This document shows positions 13,329 to 24,049 of a stretch of 64,000 nucleotides of DNA, in pieces. A program made the position numbers and the translations under genes. The notes beneath the pieces were generated by a model, which worked only from the letters and a program-made list of their open reading frames with translations, was not told the DNA's origin and made no database searches. The DNA lies in assembly GCA_964016885.1 (NCBI GenBank), contig OZ024743.1, positions 170,252,001 to 170,316,000 on the forward strand, read 5' to 3'. Position 1 is the stretch's first letter, and each line of letters begins with the position of its first letter. The stretch is from Eledone cirrhosa. Lineage: Eukaryota.

Positions 13329-13508
13329 CATGCTACTGTACGTCTGTATACATATATGTATGTACGTATACATACATACTTACATTTAAGTAAGTGCCGT
13401 ACTAGGAGTGAGAAATGAAATTTCGTTTTCATTTTTTTTACAACTCAATATATATATGTATATATATATAGAGATTACAATAATCAAAGTTCAGTTTAAG
13501 TCATTTAT

Positions 13509-13557
13509 TTGCTTACAATTGTTTCCTCCAAACCGAGGTTTGGATTCTTCGGAGCAA
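13509..13557 (-). ncRNA. Variant hammerhead (CCGAAGA core), left arm of element 3
   Basis: Reverse complement of 13737-13785. Confidence 0.65.
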
Positions 13558-13736
13558 CTATTTACTGATCTATAACATACTTGACCTCCTTTATTTTTAT
13601 CCTGTAACCTTTATATGTAAATTGCCATGCTATATCATTTGATGAATGTCACCCCACTGTTGATCAATATGCGCATATGTTTTATATGTCTCTTGGGTTG
13701 AAAAGGAGGTCAAGTATGTTATAGATCAGTAAATAG

Positions 13737-13785
13737 TTGCTCCGAAGAATCCAAACCTCGGTTTGGAGGAAACAATTGTAAGCAA
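13737..13785 (+). ncRNA. Variant hammerhead (CCGAAGA core), right arm of element 3
   Basis: ttgct-CCGAAGA-a tccaaac(ctcg)gtttgga g-GAAA-caattg-TA-agcaa; palindrome ACAATTGT. Confidence 0.68.
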
Positions 13786-14039
13786 ATAAATGACTTAAAC
13801 TGAACTTTGATTATTGTAATCTCTATATAACTGCTCTGTAAAACAACTGATGTTATTACATTGAGCTATTTATGTTACTGGTAATAGGATAGTAATTAAT
13901 GACTATCTTTCACTATTTAAGGTTTGTATAAATAATATATTACCATTAAAGGTTTTATTACATACATAACCATAAATAGTATCCTTAATACTATGTATAT
14001 ATATATATCTATATATGTTTATGTATATAAGTATATCTC

Positions 14040-15310
14040 AACATCACCGTTTTACATCCGTTTTTCCACACTAGCATGAGTTAGACGGGTTGTCCTTTTG
14101 TGTGCAGTGTCCAGTCGGCTGATTCTACAGCTGGATGCCCTTCCTAACCAACCTCATTTACAGTGAGTGCCGGGTGCTTTTTTTCCGTGTGTCCTACAGG
14201 TCCACTTTACAGTGTGGGCTGGTTGCTTTTTTGCTGTGACACCTCCACGACCACTTTGCAGTGGGAGGATGTGGAGGCATATTTTCTATATGCTTCAGCT
14301 TTGGCTTGTACCCGTGAGGGGTCGGGTATTCTGTATTACTGCGTGACGCCAGAGGTCACGGTCGTGTGTCATCGCCTTTGAGAGGTGTAATTGGGTAAGG
14401 TCGGCTTTTATCACCTCATCCTAGGTCTTCTTGGGTCTCCCCACTCCGTGCCTTCCTTCGACTTCTAGTGCTTTTTATGCAGCTGTCATCCTTCATACAC
14501 ATCACATGCCCATACCAATGCAACCTCCCCTCCTCCACACAGCATTTGATTCCTCTTATGCTCAGTCTCCCTCTCAATTCATTTATGCTTTGCCGTTCGT
14601 GTATATTACTATTACACATCTATTGGAGCATGCAGGCTTCGTTTCTTTCTAATCTACGTAAGTCTTCCACCTTCAGCACCCAGGTTTCACTACCATGTAA
14701 CATTGCTGTTCGTATACAAGCATCATACAGTCTGCCTTTCATTTTGAGGGAAAAGCCTTTTGCAGCTAGCAGTGGCAGTAGCTCCCTGAACTTCTTCCAT
14801 CCCATTCTTACCCTAGTTATTGTACTTTCCGAACACCTACCTCCGCTGCTAATTCGGTCACCTAGGTAGCAGAAGCTGTCTACTGTTTCTACTGAGCCCT
14901 CCCAGAGTTTGGTGGTGCTTGTTTCCTGTGGCTGTTTGCTGTTTGCTGTCCCAGCGCAGCTGCTACATGTGAAGCCTACATTCTTAGTTAAGCTTCCTGA
15001 GATCCTGCTACATCTGTTGTGTACCCATTGTTTGCATTTGGGGCAGAGGACGGAGTTCCTACCTACACAGTTCCTACATACTGAGCAAGGTCATTTCCCT
15101 GAGGGGATCTGGGCTCTGTTTTCTCGTCTACTTACAAGGACCTTAGTCTTTGTCAGGTTGACTTTGAGACCCTTTCTTTCTAGTCCCTGCTTCTATGTTT
15201 GGAATTTCTTCTCTAGTTCTATCATAGATTCAGCTATAAGTGCGAGATCATCTACAGAGAGGAGTTCCCATGGTCTTAAACTCCTCTATTATTGCCTGCA
15301 AAACTATGAT
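14040..15310 (-). mobile_element. RTE family A 3' fragment
   Basis: GWKKFRELLPLL..LHGSETW..LHWYGHV; Cys-rich insert; characteristic tail aggaagggcatccagc...catgctag. Confidence 0.88.
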
Positions 15311-15404
15311 GAACTTATGTATATATATGTATGTGTATATATATAAATATATATATGTATATGTATATATATATGTATGTGTATATATATATGTATATGT
15401 ATAT

Positions 15405-15777
15405 CAGGGGCGAAGGGTGCGTGCATGTAACGCATGCACTGCATGCGTTATAGAATCTTGAGTTGATCAATTGCATCGGTTGATGTAAGCAGAATTTTAG
15501 CTGCTTACTAAATCATAGAAACATAAAAAGATAACACACACACACACACACAAACACACGACAGCGTCGGTTGAAGCAAGCTGAATTTTGGCTGCTTGCT
15601 AAATCGTAGACACATAAAAAGATAACTCACACACACACTAGATACAACTACATGCGGCTTTGACTGGGAGGGTCATTTAGAGGGAATTATGGGGGAGCAG
15701 GTAAGGTTGCACAGCCCCAATTTCCGCCACGGCGATTGGACTGCATGCCCTGCTTTCCAGGTTACCCTTCACCACTG
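15405..15777. mobile_element. hAT-type MITE
   Basis: TIRs caggggcgaagggt / acccttcaccactg; 8-bp TSD atgtatat at 15397-15404 and 15778-15785. Confidence 0.75.
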
Positions 15778-15887
15778 ATGTATATATACGTATATATATG
15801 TATGTGTATATAAGTATATATGTATATATGCATATGTATATATATATATGTATATGTATATAAGTATATGTATATATATCTATCTAT

Positions 15888-16090
15888 CTAAGGCGGGTAA
15901 AATTCCCGAGATCCATGGACGAGTTCTCTCCAGCGGTCTCTGTCCCTCATTATCGCTGCCATGTCCTGTGTCTCGAACAGACCAGTGTCTGTCCTTAGGG
16001 CATCAACATACGTTAACCTTGGTCTACCTCTTCTACTGTGTCCATGTAGGGGATCCCAAAGGAGCACTGAGTGCAATGTCAACTCTGGAT
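15888..16090 (-). mobile_element. RTE family C 3' fragment
   Basis: [30 protein letters not shown]; same family at 32207 and 58773. Confidence 0.8.
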
Positions 16091-16143
16091 GTATATATAT
16101 GTATGTGTATATATGTATATGTTTATGTATATATATGTTTATG

Positions 16144-16174
<31 letters not shown>

Positions 16175-16388
16175 CATCATCATCATCATCGTCTAAGCCA
16201 TGCTAGCATGGAAGATAGACGTTACATGATGATGATGCTGATGTATGTATATATATGCATCTGCAATTCCTTCTGGAACTAGCTGTTGAAACAGCAAGAG
16301 CTCAGCTGCTGGCATCTCGACTCTTTCATATAACCATAATCTACTACTCTGGTGAGTAAATATATTGATGTGTAAATACATACATATA

Positions 16389-17154
16389 TCTATATATATA
16401 AAACAGAGGGTGTCTGTGTGTCTGTTTCCCTAAAACTCGAGAAGTACCCAACCGGTTTTTTTCAAACTTTATACATGTAACTCATATGACCCCGGAAGTG
16501 TTTTGAGCAAAAAAAATTTCAAATTTTCAATGCCCTAGGGACCACATTAGGCGATCTCTTTCTCTTTCTCTTTTTAGATAGATACATAGATATGACGTCG
16601 CGCCTTCATAATATCTGTCTGTATGCCTGACTGTCTGCATTACGTCATTATGACGCGATCAGTGTGTGTGTGTATATATTCTTAGTCCAGGGAACGTCTT
16701 CACGAACCAAAGTATCGTCTTCCTGTTTTCCAGATTGATTTTTTTAGTTTAAGAAGATCCCGTTAAGGTTGAAAGCAGCGATTCTTTGCTTAAACATTAA
16801 TATGTTATTTTAATATAGATATTCGTGTACAGATATTTTTGCACACACAAAAACAAAATATAAACAAACAAGGCCAAAGATTACATCAATTAGTCTTAGT
16901 GTATGTACTTCATACTGCTTTTAGGTAGAATATCCCGTTAAGGGTGAAAGCAGTGATTCTTTGCTTAAACTTTAGTCTGTTATTTTAATATATATATATA
17001 TATAATTATATATTTATGGACAGATATTTTTGCATATACAATAACAAAATATAAATAAACGTATTTATTTCACGAGGTTCGATAAGGATAAATATATATC
17101 AAATATATAAGAACCCTATAGCAAATCCCGAGCAACGCCGGGCCATTCTGCTAG
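16389..17154 (+). mobile_element. Non-autonomous Helitron
   Basis: 5' TC (tctatatatataaaacag); 3' hairpin cccgagcaacgccggg then CTAG at 17151-17154; inserted between A and T; homologous to 31114-32061. Confidence 0.85.
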
Positions 17155-17539
17155 TATAATATAAAACGAAAAATCAGTGATGCATCTGAACTCAATTTAT
17201 TGTGTGTTACAATTGTTTCGCCGGCGGACAGGTGTGTATGTATGTATTTTTTATATGTGTACATGTTTATAATAAGATGCATCCTTTCATGTACGACCCA
17301 TTGTGTATCTTTATATGACTGTGTGTATATTCTGTTTATGTGTATATATATATGTATAGATATATAGATATATATGTATAATATTATATTTTTTTATATA
17401 ATATATTTTTTATGCGTGCGTATGGGAATATGAGCATATTTGTGGGAGTGTATATGGGCCTGTGCGTATGTGTGTGTACAAGCACCGCTGTAGGGAAAGG
17501 GCTTGTTTGTGTGTGTATATATATATATGTATATTTATA

Positions 17540-18255
17540 TGTAACGGAATATTATGTGTGGTTGTAACGACAAGTGGATGGATGGATGTAACTGTTGGTA
17601 TGGTGGTTTCGGTGTAAATAAAAATACCAGGAGTGTTGTTACAAAGATTATTTTATTACAACAATAATCAATTTGAATATTGAATGATAAAATAATTGAC
17701 ACAAAATATTCATACAATAATTTGGTGGCTCTTCGAGCCACGTAAATTCAAATATCACAGAATACGATTATAATATGTGTAAACAGAAATGAATGGGGCA
17801 TGTACAAATCCTGAACTCACTATGAACGCGTGTGTGCGGCATATCAATATATTTACGTATTTGCATTGCAGGAGTCAGCGATCAGCCAGGAAGGTGAGAA
17901 TAAATGGCAGACTGGTTTTTCGTGATGAGAGCCTGTAAAAACGTCTCATCTTGTCTGTGTCCACTTCTTTTCTCTTTTTGGCGTAAACAATCCCTGTCTT
18001 TATAAGGGTTGAAGTTAGAAGGATAGATATATCCTCTGAACTTTGGTTAGTCTCCCAAGGGATTAGTTTGCCAAGCGTAAACAAGTCAGAAAGATGGATA
18101 TATCTCTCTGACCTATTTTCTGTCAGGCGTAAACACCTCTGACCTGTGTTTAGCCTCTCCCAAGGGGTTAGTCTCCTGAGCGTAAACAAGTTACCACGGC
18201 TTGTCCCAGAGGCGGGAAAGCTCAGATTCGGTTTCGAATCTTCGCCGCCGTTATA
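17540..18255 (-). repeat. 3' LTR
   Basis: tgtaacgg...ccgttata; direct repeat of 22570-23285 with about 21 substitutions counted by eye. Confidence 0.95.
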
Positions 18256-18258
18256 GTA

Positions 18259-18268
18259 CTCCCCTTCC
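18259..18268 (-). promoter_or_regulatory. Polypurine tract
   Basis: ggaaggggag on the minus strand just before the 3' LTR. Confidence 0.75.
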
Positions 18269-18839
18269 AGTGAGAAAGCTAAGATTGAACGATCTAGGTG
18301 CATGTGAAATGAAGATAGGTATGACTAGGTGTGTTGTTGAAGAAAATCAGTAAAAATAAAAAAACACATGAAAGTCATTTACAAACAGGAGACATGAAAG
18401 AAAACATGCAAAGCAAAAGAAAATGTACTGTGATGTTACATAAAATTGAAAATGTTCGTACGAAAGGTTTGTTGATTAAAAGTTCGTTCATTTCATAGAA
18501 ACGGAAAAATGTTCTTTTGTCTGTTCTTTTGATGTTGGTGATGTACAGAGTTAATTGATTTGTGTGTAGCAATAGTTCATGACCACAGAAATTGGCCGAT
18601 TCGTTGAAATGTACAAATTAGCTGAAATGTCGACAAGATGCATAATTTGTACTTACCCGATAAACTTGTACGTATCGCGTGGGCCATCGGACTGTTCTTC
18701 CGGATTTGGTGTGTCGGGGTTGTGCAGAATTTGTCGTGTTTGTGTCGGACAAAGTTGTTGGTGAGTCTGCTGGAGAAACGGTGTGTACTGGTGGCAATTC
18801 CTATTCTATGAACGCTTTTTTTAAACGATCAATGGAGAC

Positions 18840-20119
18840 AGTATTTCGTTTCCCGTTCAAGTCGAGGACGAAATACTTAGGGCATTTCCGTATCACCTTA
18901 TAGGGCCCGGAATACGGCGGACGAAGTTGCGATGGAATACCGTCATTTCTAACGAAAACATGCGTCCATGTATCGATGTCTTTTGTTAGTGTGAAGTAAC
19001 GTGCTGTTGTTTAGGGGCTGAAGGAGACAGATGCGACATCGATGACCGTAAACGGTGCACATATTTTGTAGGGTCTGGAAGTTCTTGTGGCGAAACAGGA
19101 GCAATCATTTGTTCGGGTAGAGTGAGTACGGTGCCATACACCATTTAAGCCGGAGAATGTCCGACTCCCTCCTTAACAGTGGAACGAATACCAAGAAGAA
19201 TGAGTGGGAGGTATTCGAACCAGTTAGTGGAGTCTTCGTAAGCCTTGATAGATGATTTTAGCTGGCGGTGTAAGCGTTCTACCATGCCGTTAGCGGCAGG
19301 GTGATACGCTGTTGTACGGATGTGTTTGCACCCGAGGAGACGAGTCAGCTCGGTAAATAGGTGCGAATCGAACTGACGTCCTCTATCCGTAGTGATGGTT
19401 GCGGGTGTGCCGAAACGCGAAACCCAGTGAAACACTAGCATTTTGGCGACAGTTTCCGCAGTAATATCCGTCAGGGGAAAAGCTTCTGGCCAGCGAGAAA
19501 ATCGGTCGACACAGGTGAGAAGATGAGTGTGGTTGTGAGAAGGAGGCAAAGGTCCAACTATGTCTATATGCACATGTTGGAACCGTGCATCAGCTGTTGC
19601 GAAAGAGCCGATTGGGGCTTTGATGTGCCGGTGAATTTTCGCCTTTTAGCACGCGATGCAGTTCCTAGCCCATTCGCGGGTGTCCTTGTTGATGTTGGGC
19701 CACACAAAGCGGGCAACCATCAGTTTCTGTGTGGCGCGGACGGCAGGATGTGCCAGAGAATGCAGTGCCGAGAAAACGTCGCGTCGATGTTTCCGGGGCA
19801 CGTATGGGCGCTCGTGGCCTGTGGAGATGTCGCACCAAATATAACCCGAAGAAGAGGGCAGCGGGCATTCCCTCAATTTCAAGGATGATTTCCGGAGTTG
19901 CAGCAGTTCCTCGTCATTCTGTTGATCCGCTGCAATCTTCTGGAGGTCGACAGTGGCAGTGGTGTGGATTGCGTTAAGTTCCATGCTCGATAGGGCATCA
20001 GCTGCTGAGTTGGTGGCACCCTTAATGTACCGAATATCAGTAGTGTACTGAGAAATGAAGTCCAGATGTCGGACCTCCCTGGGTGAGTGTCGGTCAGGCT
20101 TGGCATTGAACGCGTACAC
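18840..20119 (-). pseudogene. Gypsy integrase (HHCC zinc finger, DDE core, GPY/F)
   Basis: HSLAHP..CIAC; [33 protein letters not shown]; PYSGPYKV near 18900. Confidence 0.92.
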
Positions 20120-21747
20120 TAGTGGTTTGTGGTCGGTGTATATAGAGAAATATAGCCAGAGAGTTGTTGAAGCACACCTCCAACTCCGAAATCGGATGCA
20201 TCAGTCAATAAACACATTGGGGCGTCAGGTTTGGGGTAACTCAGCATTGTAGCCTCGGACAACATTTTCTTCTACTCAGCGAAAGCGGTACATTCTTTTT
20301 CGCTGAGCTTGATGTTTGCGTTTTTGGTTGTACGCTGCCGCAGCAAATCTGTGAGTGGTTGGGCTGTCTCTGCACAGTGGGGTATAAATCTTCTGTAGGA
20401 GTTTACCAGGCCAAGAAATTCTCGCAGTTTGCGGAGAGATGTAGGTTGTGGAAAATCAATGATGGATTTGACTTTCTCCTTAAGTGGGCAAATACCATCT
20501 TTGTCAATGATGTGTCCCAGAAAATGAAGGGACGCAACTCCGAACTCACATTTGCTGGGATTGATAACGATTCCGTATTCACGCAAACATGTGAATAGGA
20601 GATCCAGGTGTTTCTCATGTTCTTCATCGGAGCTGCTGGCCACCAGTAAGTCGTCAATGTATGCGTATACAAAAGGTAGACCCCTGGTGATTGTATCGAT
20701 GAATCGCTGGAATGTCTGCGCTGCATTTCGTAAACCGAAAGGCATACGCAGAAATTCGAACATTCCAAAGGGTGTTGTGACTGCGGTCTTTGGGATATCT
20801 GCGGGCTCAACGGGTATCTGATTGTAAGCTCGCACAAGATCGATCTTCGAAAATATGCGAGCCCCGTGCAGCGAGCTAGAGAAGTCCTGTAGATGAGGCA
20901 CTGGATAAGAGTCAGGAACGGTGCAGTTGTTTAGTGCATGGTAGTCGCCACAGATTCGCTAGTCGTTCGACGACTTCTTGGGTACACAGTGTATGGGTGA
21001 GGACCAGTTGCTGCTGGATGGACGTATGATGCCGAGATCCAGCATGTGCTGAAATTCTTGTTTGACGGACTTCAGCCGGTCTGGTGGTAGCCTTCTAGGT
21101 CGTGCAGCGACAGGTGGGCCGTGAGTTTTTATGTGGTGTGTGACATCATGTTTTACAGGGCAAGCGTTGAATAGTGGTCGAGCTACGTCTGGGTATTTGT
21201 TGATGATGTGGTTGTGCCGGGTTGTTGTTGTCGATCTTGAAATGACTGGACTGACTGTGGCTGTCCTAGCGGCTCTGCCGCGCACAGCGAGACCAGTGGA
21301 GTTGTCAACGAGACGTTGGTTTTTCAGATCCACTAGAAGCGAGAAGTGCTGAAGAAAATCAGCTCCTAAAATAGGGGTCGGCAGCTTAGCAACAACGAAT
21401 ACCCACTGGAAAGTGCAGCGTAGTCCCAAATTTAGTGTCAGGGACTGTTCTCCGTAGGTCGGAATATGTGAGTGATTCACCGCCTGGAGCCAGGCTGGTG
21501 TCTCTCTCCTTTTTCCAGGAACGCAGGAAACCGGGATGATGCTCACTTCAGCACCGGTGTCGACCAGGAAACGCGTGCCTGTGACGTGATCCTGTATGAA
21601 AAATAGGCGACTTTGGTTATGAGGGCCAGAAACGTCCGTCGCATTCAGTTTCTGGCTGTGTCGTTTCCCTGATTTGTTTTCGAAACAAATGAACAGGGAT
21701 GGCTGCACTTTTGCGCTCGTCTCCCGAATCTTTGGTGGTACCAACAC
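20120..21747 (-). pseudogene. Gypsy protease, RT and internally deleted RNase H
   Basis: FLVDTGAEVS; [24 protein letters not shown]; TDASDFGVGGVLQQ almost directly followed by YTDHKPL. Confidence 0.92.
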
Positions 21748-21779
21748 ATTTCTGGTGAATCTCGAGATGCGCTGGGACT

Positions 21780-22516
21780 TCTTGAGCGACCACCAAATCG
21801 GCGAGTTCGGCTGTTGGCCCCACGTGTGGGAGGGTTGCCCAGTGACAAGGCCTGAATTTGTTACGTCAAGGCCTGTATCTGTGTTGCTTGCTGTGCCAGT
21901 AACTGGTGTAGATCGGGCATCTCTGTGGCACTGGAGGGCTGAAGGAAAGGATTGGTGGGAGGCACGGCTGGCGTCACATTCGCTAAAGTTGAGTGCGGAT
22001 GTGGTACCTCCATGATCCTATCTGCTAGCTCGGCAAGTTCTTCTATGGTGGTGGACTCCCTGGTGGATGCTAGTACCACTTGTGTGGCAGAAGGTAAACG
22101 CTGGAGGAAGAGTTGCTCGAAAATTTCATCCGGGAGTTTATGTTCACCCAGAATCTGCTTCATTTTCCGTAGGAGTTGCGTTAGCTTTTTATCTCCTAAT
22201 TCCTCCGATATGAGGAGCTGGTGCAAACGCTTCTGCTGCGACTCCGGCGTCCGCTTAACTAATGTTCTTTTAAATGTGTCATATGACACAGAGCCGGGTG
22301 GTGCTAAAATGAGGTCTCGAACCTCATTCATAATCTCCGGAGACATCGAACTGATGAGATGTGCGAGACGGGATGCTCGCTAATGATCCGGTTCGATGCG
22401 AACTGCGCTTCGATGTGCGCGAACCACAGTGTTGGATCGTGCAGCCAGAATGGTGGAATCCTTAATGTCGACCTGACTATTTCTGCCGTAGATGAATCAT
22501 CGTATGCTAGAGACAT
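21780..22516 (-). pseudogene. Gypsy gag, frameshifted
   Basis: IPPFWLHDPTLWFAHIEAQF; ELGDKKLTQLLRKM..LFLQRLP..LAELADRIME. Confidence 0.85.
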
Positions 22517-22556
22517 CGTTTGTTGTGGATGATCAGAAGGTTGTGTGTCTGTTTTA

Positions 22557-22567
22557 CGGGGTCACCA
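22557..22567 (-). promoter_or_regulatory. Primer binding site, probably tRNA-Trp
   Basis: TGGTGACCCCG 2 nt inside the 5' LTR, complementary to a tRNA 3' end CGGGGUCACCA. Confidence 0.75.
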
Positions 22568-22569
22568 GT

Positions 22570-23285
22570 TGTAACGGAATATTATGTGTGGTTGTAACGA
22601 CAAGTGGATGGATGGATGTAACTGTTGGTATGGTGGTTTCAGTGTAAATAAAAATACCAGGAGTGTTGTTACAAAGTTTATTTTATTACAACAATATTCA
22701 ATTTGAATATTGAATGATAAAATAATTGACACAAAATATTCATACAATAATTTGGTGGCTCTTCGAGCCACGTAAATTCAAATATCACAGAATACGATTA
22801 TAATATGTGTAAACAGAAATGAATGGTGCGTGTACAAATGCTGGACTCACTATGAATGCGTATGTGCGGCGTATCAGTATATTTACTTATTTGTATTGCA
22901 GGAGTCAGCGATCAGCCAGGAAGGTGAGAATAAACGGTAGACTGGTTTTTCGTGACGAGAGCCTGTAAAATCGTCTCGTCTTGTCTGTGTCCACTTCTTT
23001 TCTCTTTTTGGCATAAACAATCCCTGTCTTTATAAGGGTTGAAGTTAGAAGGATAGATATATCCTCTGAACTTTGGTTAGTCTCCCAAGGGATTAGTTTG
23101 CCAAGCGTAAACAAGTCAGAAAGATGGATATATCTCTCTGACCTATTTTCTGTCAGGCGTAAACACCTCTGACCTGAGTTTAGCCTCTCCCAAGGGGTTA
23201 GTCTCCTGAGCGTAAACAAGTTACCACGGCTTGTCCCAGAGGCGGGAAAGCTCAGATTCGGTTTCGAATCTTCGCCACCGTTATA
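22570..23285 (-). repeat. 5' LTR
   Basis: Direct repeat of 17540-18255. Confidence 0.95.
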
Positions 23286-23866
23286 TATATATGCATGTTT
23301 ACGAGCGAGTGTGTATCTGTGCGTGTATATATGGGTACGTGTGTACATATGTGTGTGTGCGTGGGTCGGAGTGGGGTCTACGTACATGTCTGTACGTGTT
23401 TGTGTGTACATGTATACATACGCGTATGCATGTGTATGAGCATGTGTGTGCGCGTGTTTATGTATATGGGCCTGTGGGCATGTGTCTATGTATATACGTG
23501 CCTCTCTGGATGTATGTATGCGTATATGTTTATATGTTCTCCTTAATGTGTGGGTAATGCGGGAGCCTATGCGTATGACTCTCGTTATCTATGTGGTTGT
23601 GTGTGTGAGTGTGTGAGTATGTGTGGACTACCAAACACAGCAGAAATTCATTGAAGCGTGGAAGACATGCAACAGCGAAATAATAACTGTGATCAGTATG
23701 TATGATGATGTAGGCAACCAGCGGCCAATCACTGGATGCGCGAAGAGGATGAAGTTTTTGACAGTACTGGCCCACAGGGTCAGATACCCCAGTGGAAGAA
23801 TATGCTCCGAAATCATGTGTCCATCGAACCTGCGGGTCTAGAATCAGACAGATCCACACAATGATC

Positions 23867-23904
23867 GCGTCTCGAGCTGTCCGCCGGCGAAACAATTGTA
23901 ACAC
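23867..23904 (+). ncRNA. Degenerate hammerhead in element 4
   Basis: gcgt-CTCGA (CTGACGA lacking GA)-gctg(tccgc)cggc-GAAA-caattg-TA-acac. Confidence 0.5.
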
Positions 23905-24049
23905 ACAATAAATTGAGTTCAGATGCATCACTGATTTTTCGTTTTATATTATATCATACTCTGCTCTGTAAGAGAGCTCAACCGGCATACCGCCTGTGGA
24001 AGCATCTTAGCTACCATCCGACACACACATACATATATATATTTATATT

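Larger units (their letters stand above)
11999..13448. mobile_element. Fold-back retrozyme-like element 2 (same family as element 1); left arm interrupted by insert 12091-12583
   Basis: 11999-12090 plus 12585-12873 are inverted relative to 13058-13386; 12978-13038 is inverted relative to 13387-13448; HHR in both arms; motifs shared with element 1. Confidence 0.82.
13465..13829. mobile_element. PLE-derived fold-back element 3 (128-bp perfect arms 13465-13592 and 13702-13829, then a unique tail)
   Basis: Arms are exact reverse complements by eye; HHR motif in each arm. Confidence 0.82.
17540..23285 (-). mobile_element. Ty3/Gypsy LTR retrotransposon, both LTRs present, coding region decayed
   Basis: 716-bp LTRs; 4-bp TSD tata; domain order gag-PR-RT-RH-IN on the minus strand; PBS and PPT present. 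Confidence 0.96.
17155..23953. mobile_element. PLE-derived fold-back element 4 (77-bp arms 17155-17231 and 23877-23953) split by the Gypsy insertion
   Basis: Arms are reverse complements and contain GAAACAATTGTA; tail with ctgctctgtaa follows the right arm. Confidence 0.75.

Noticed and set aside
17875-18303. Duplicated ORF (also 22905-23411) as a gene
   Set aside because: Lies in the LTRs, start codons fall outside the LTR and differ, no recognisable domain
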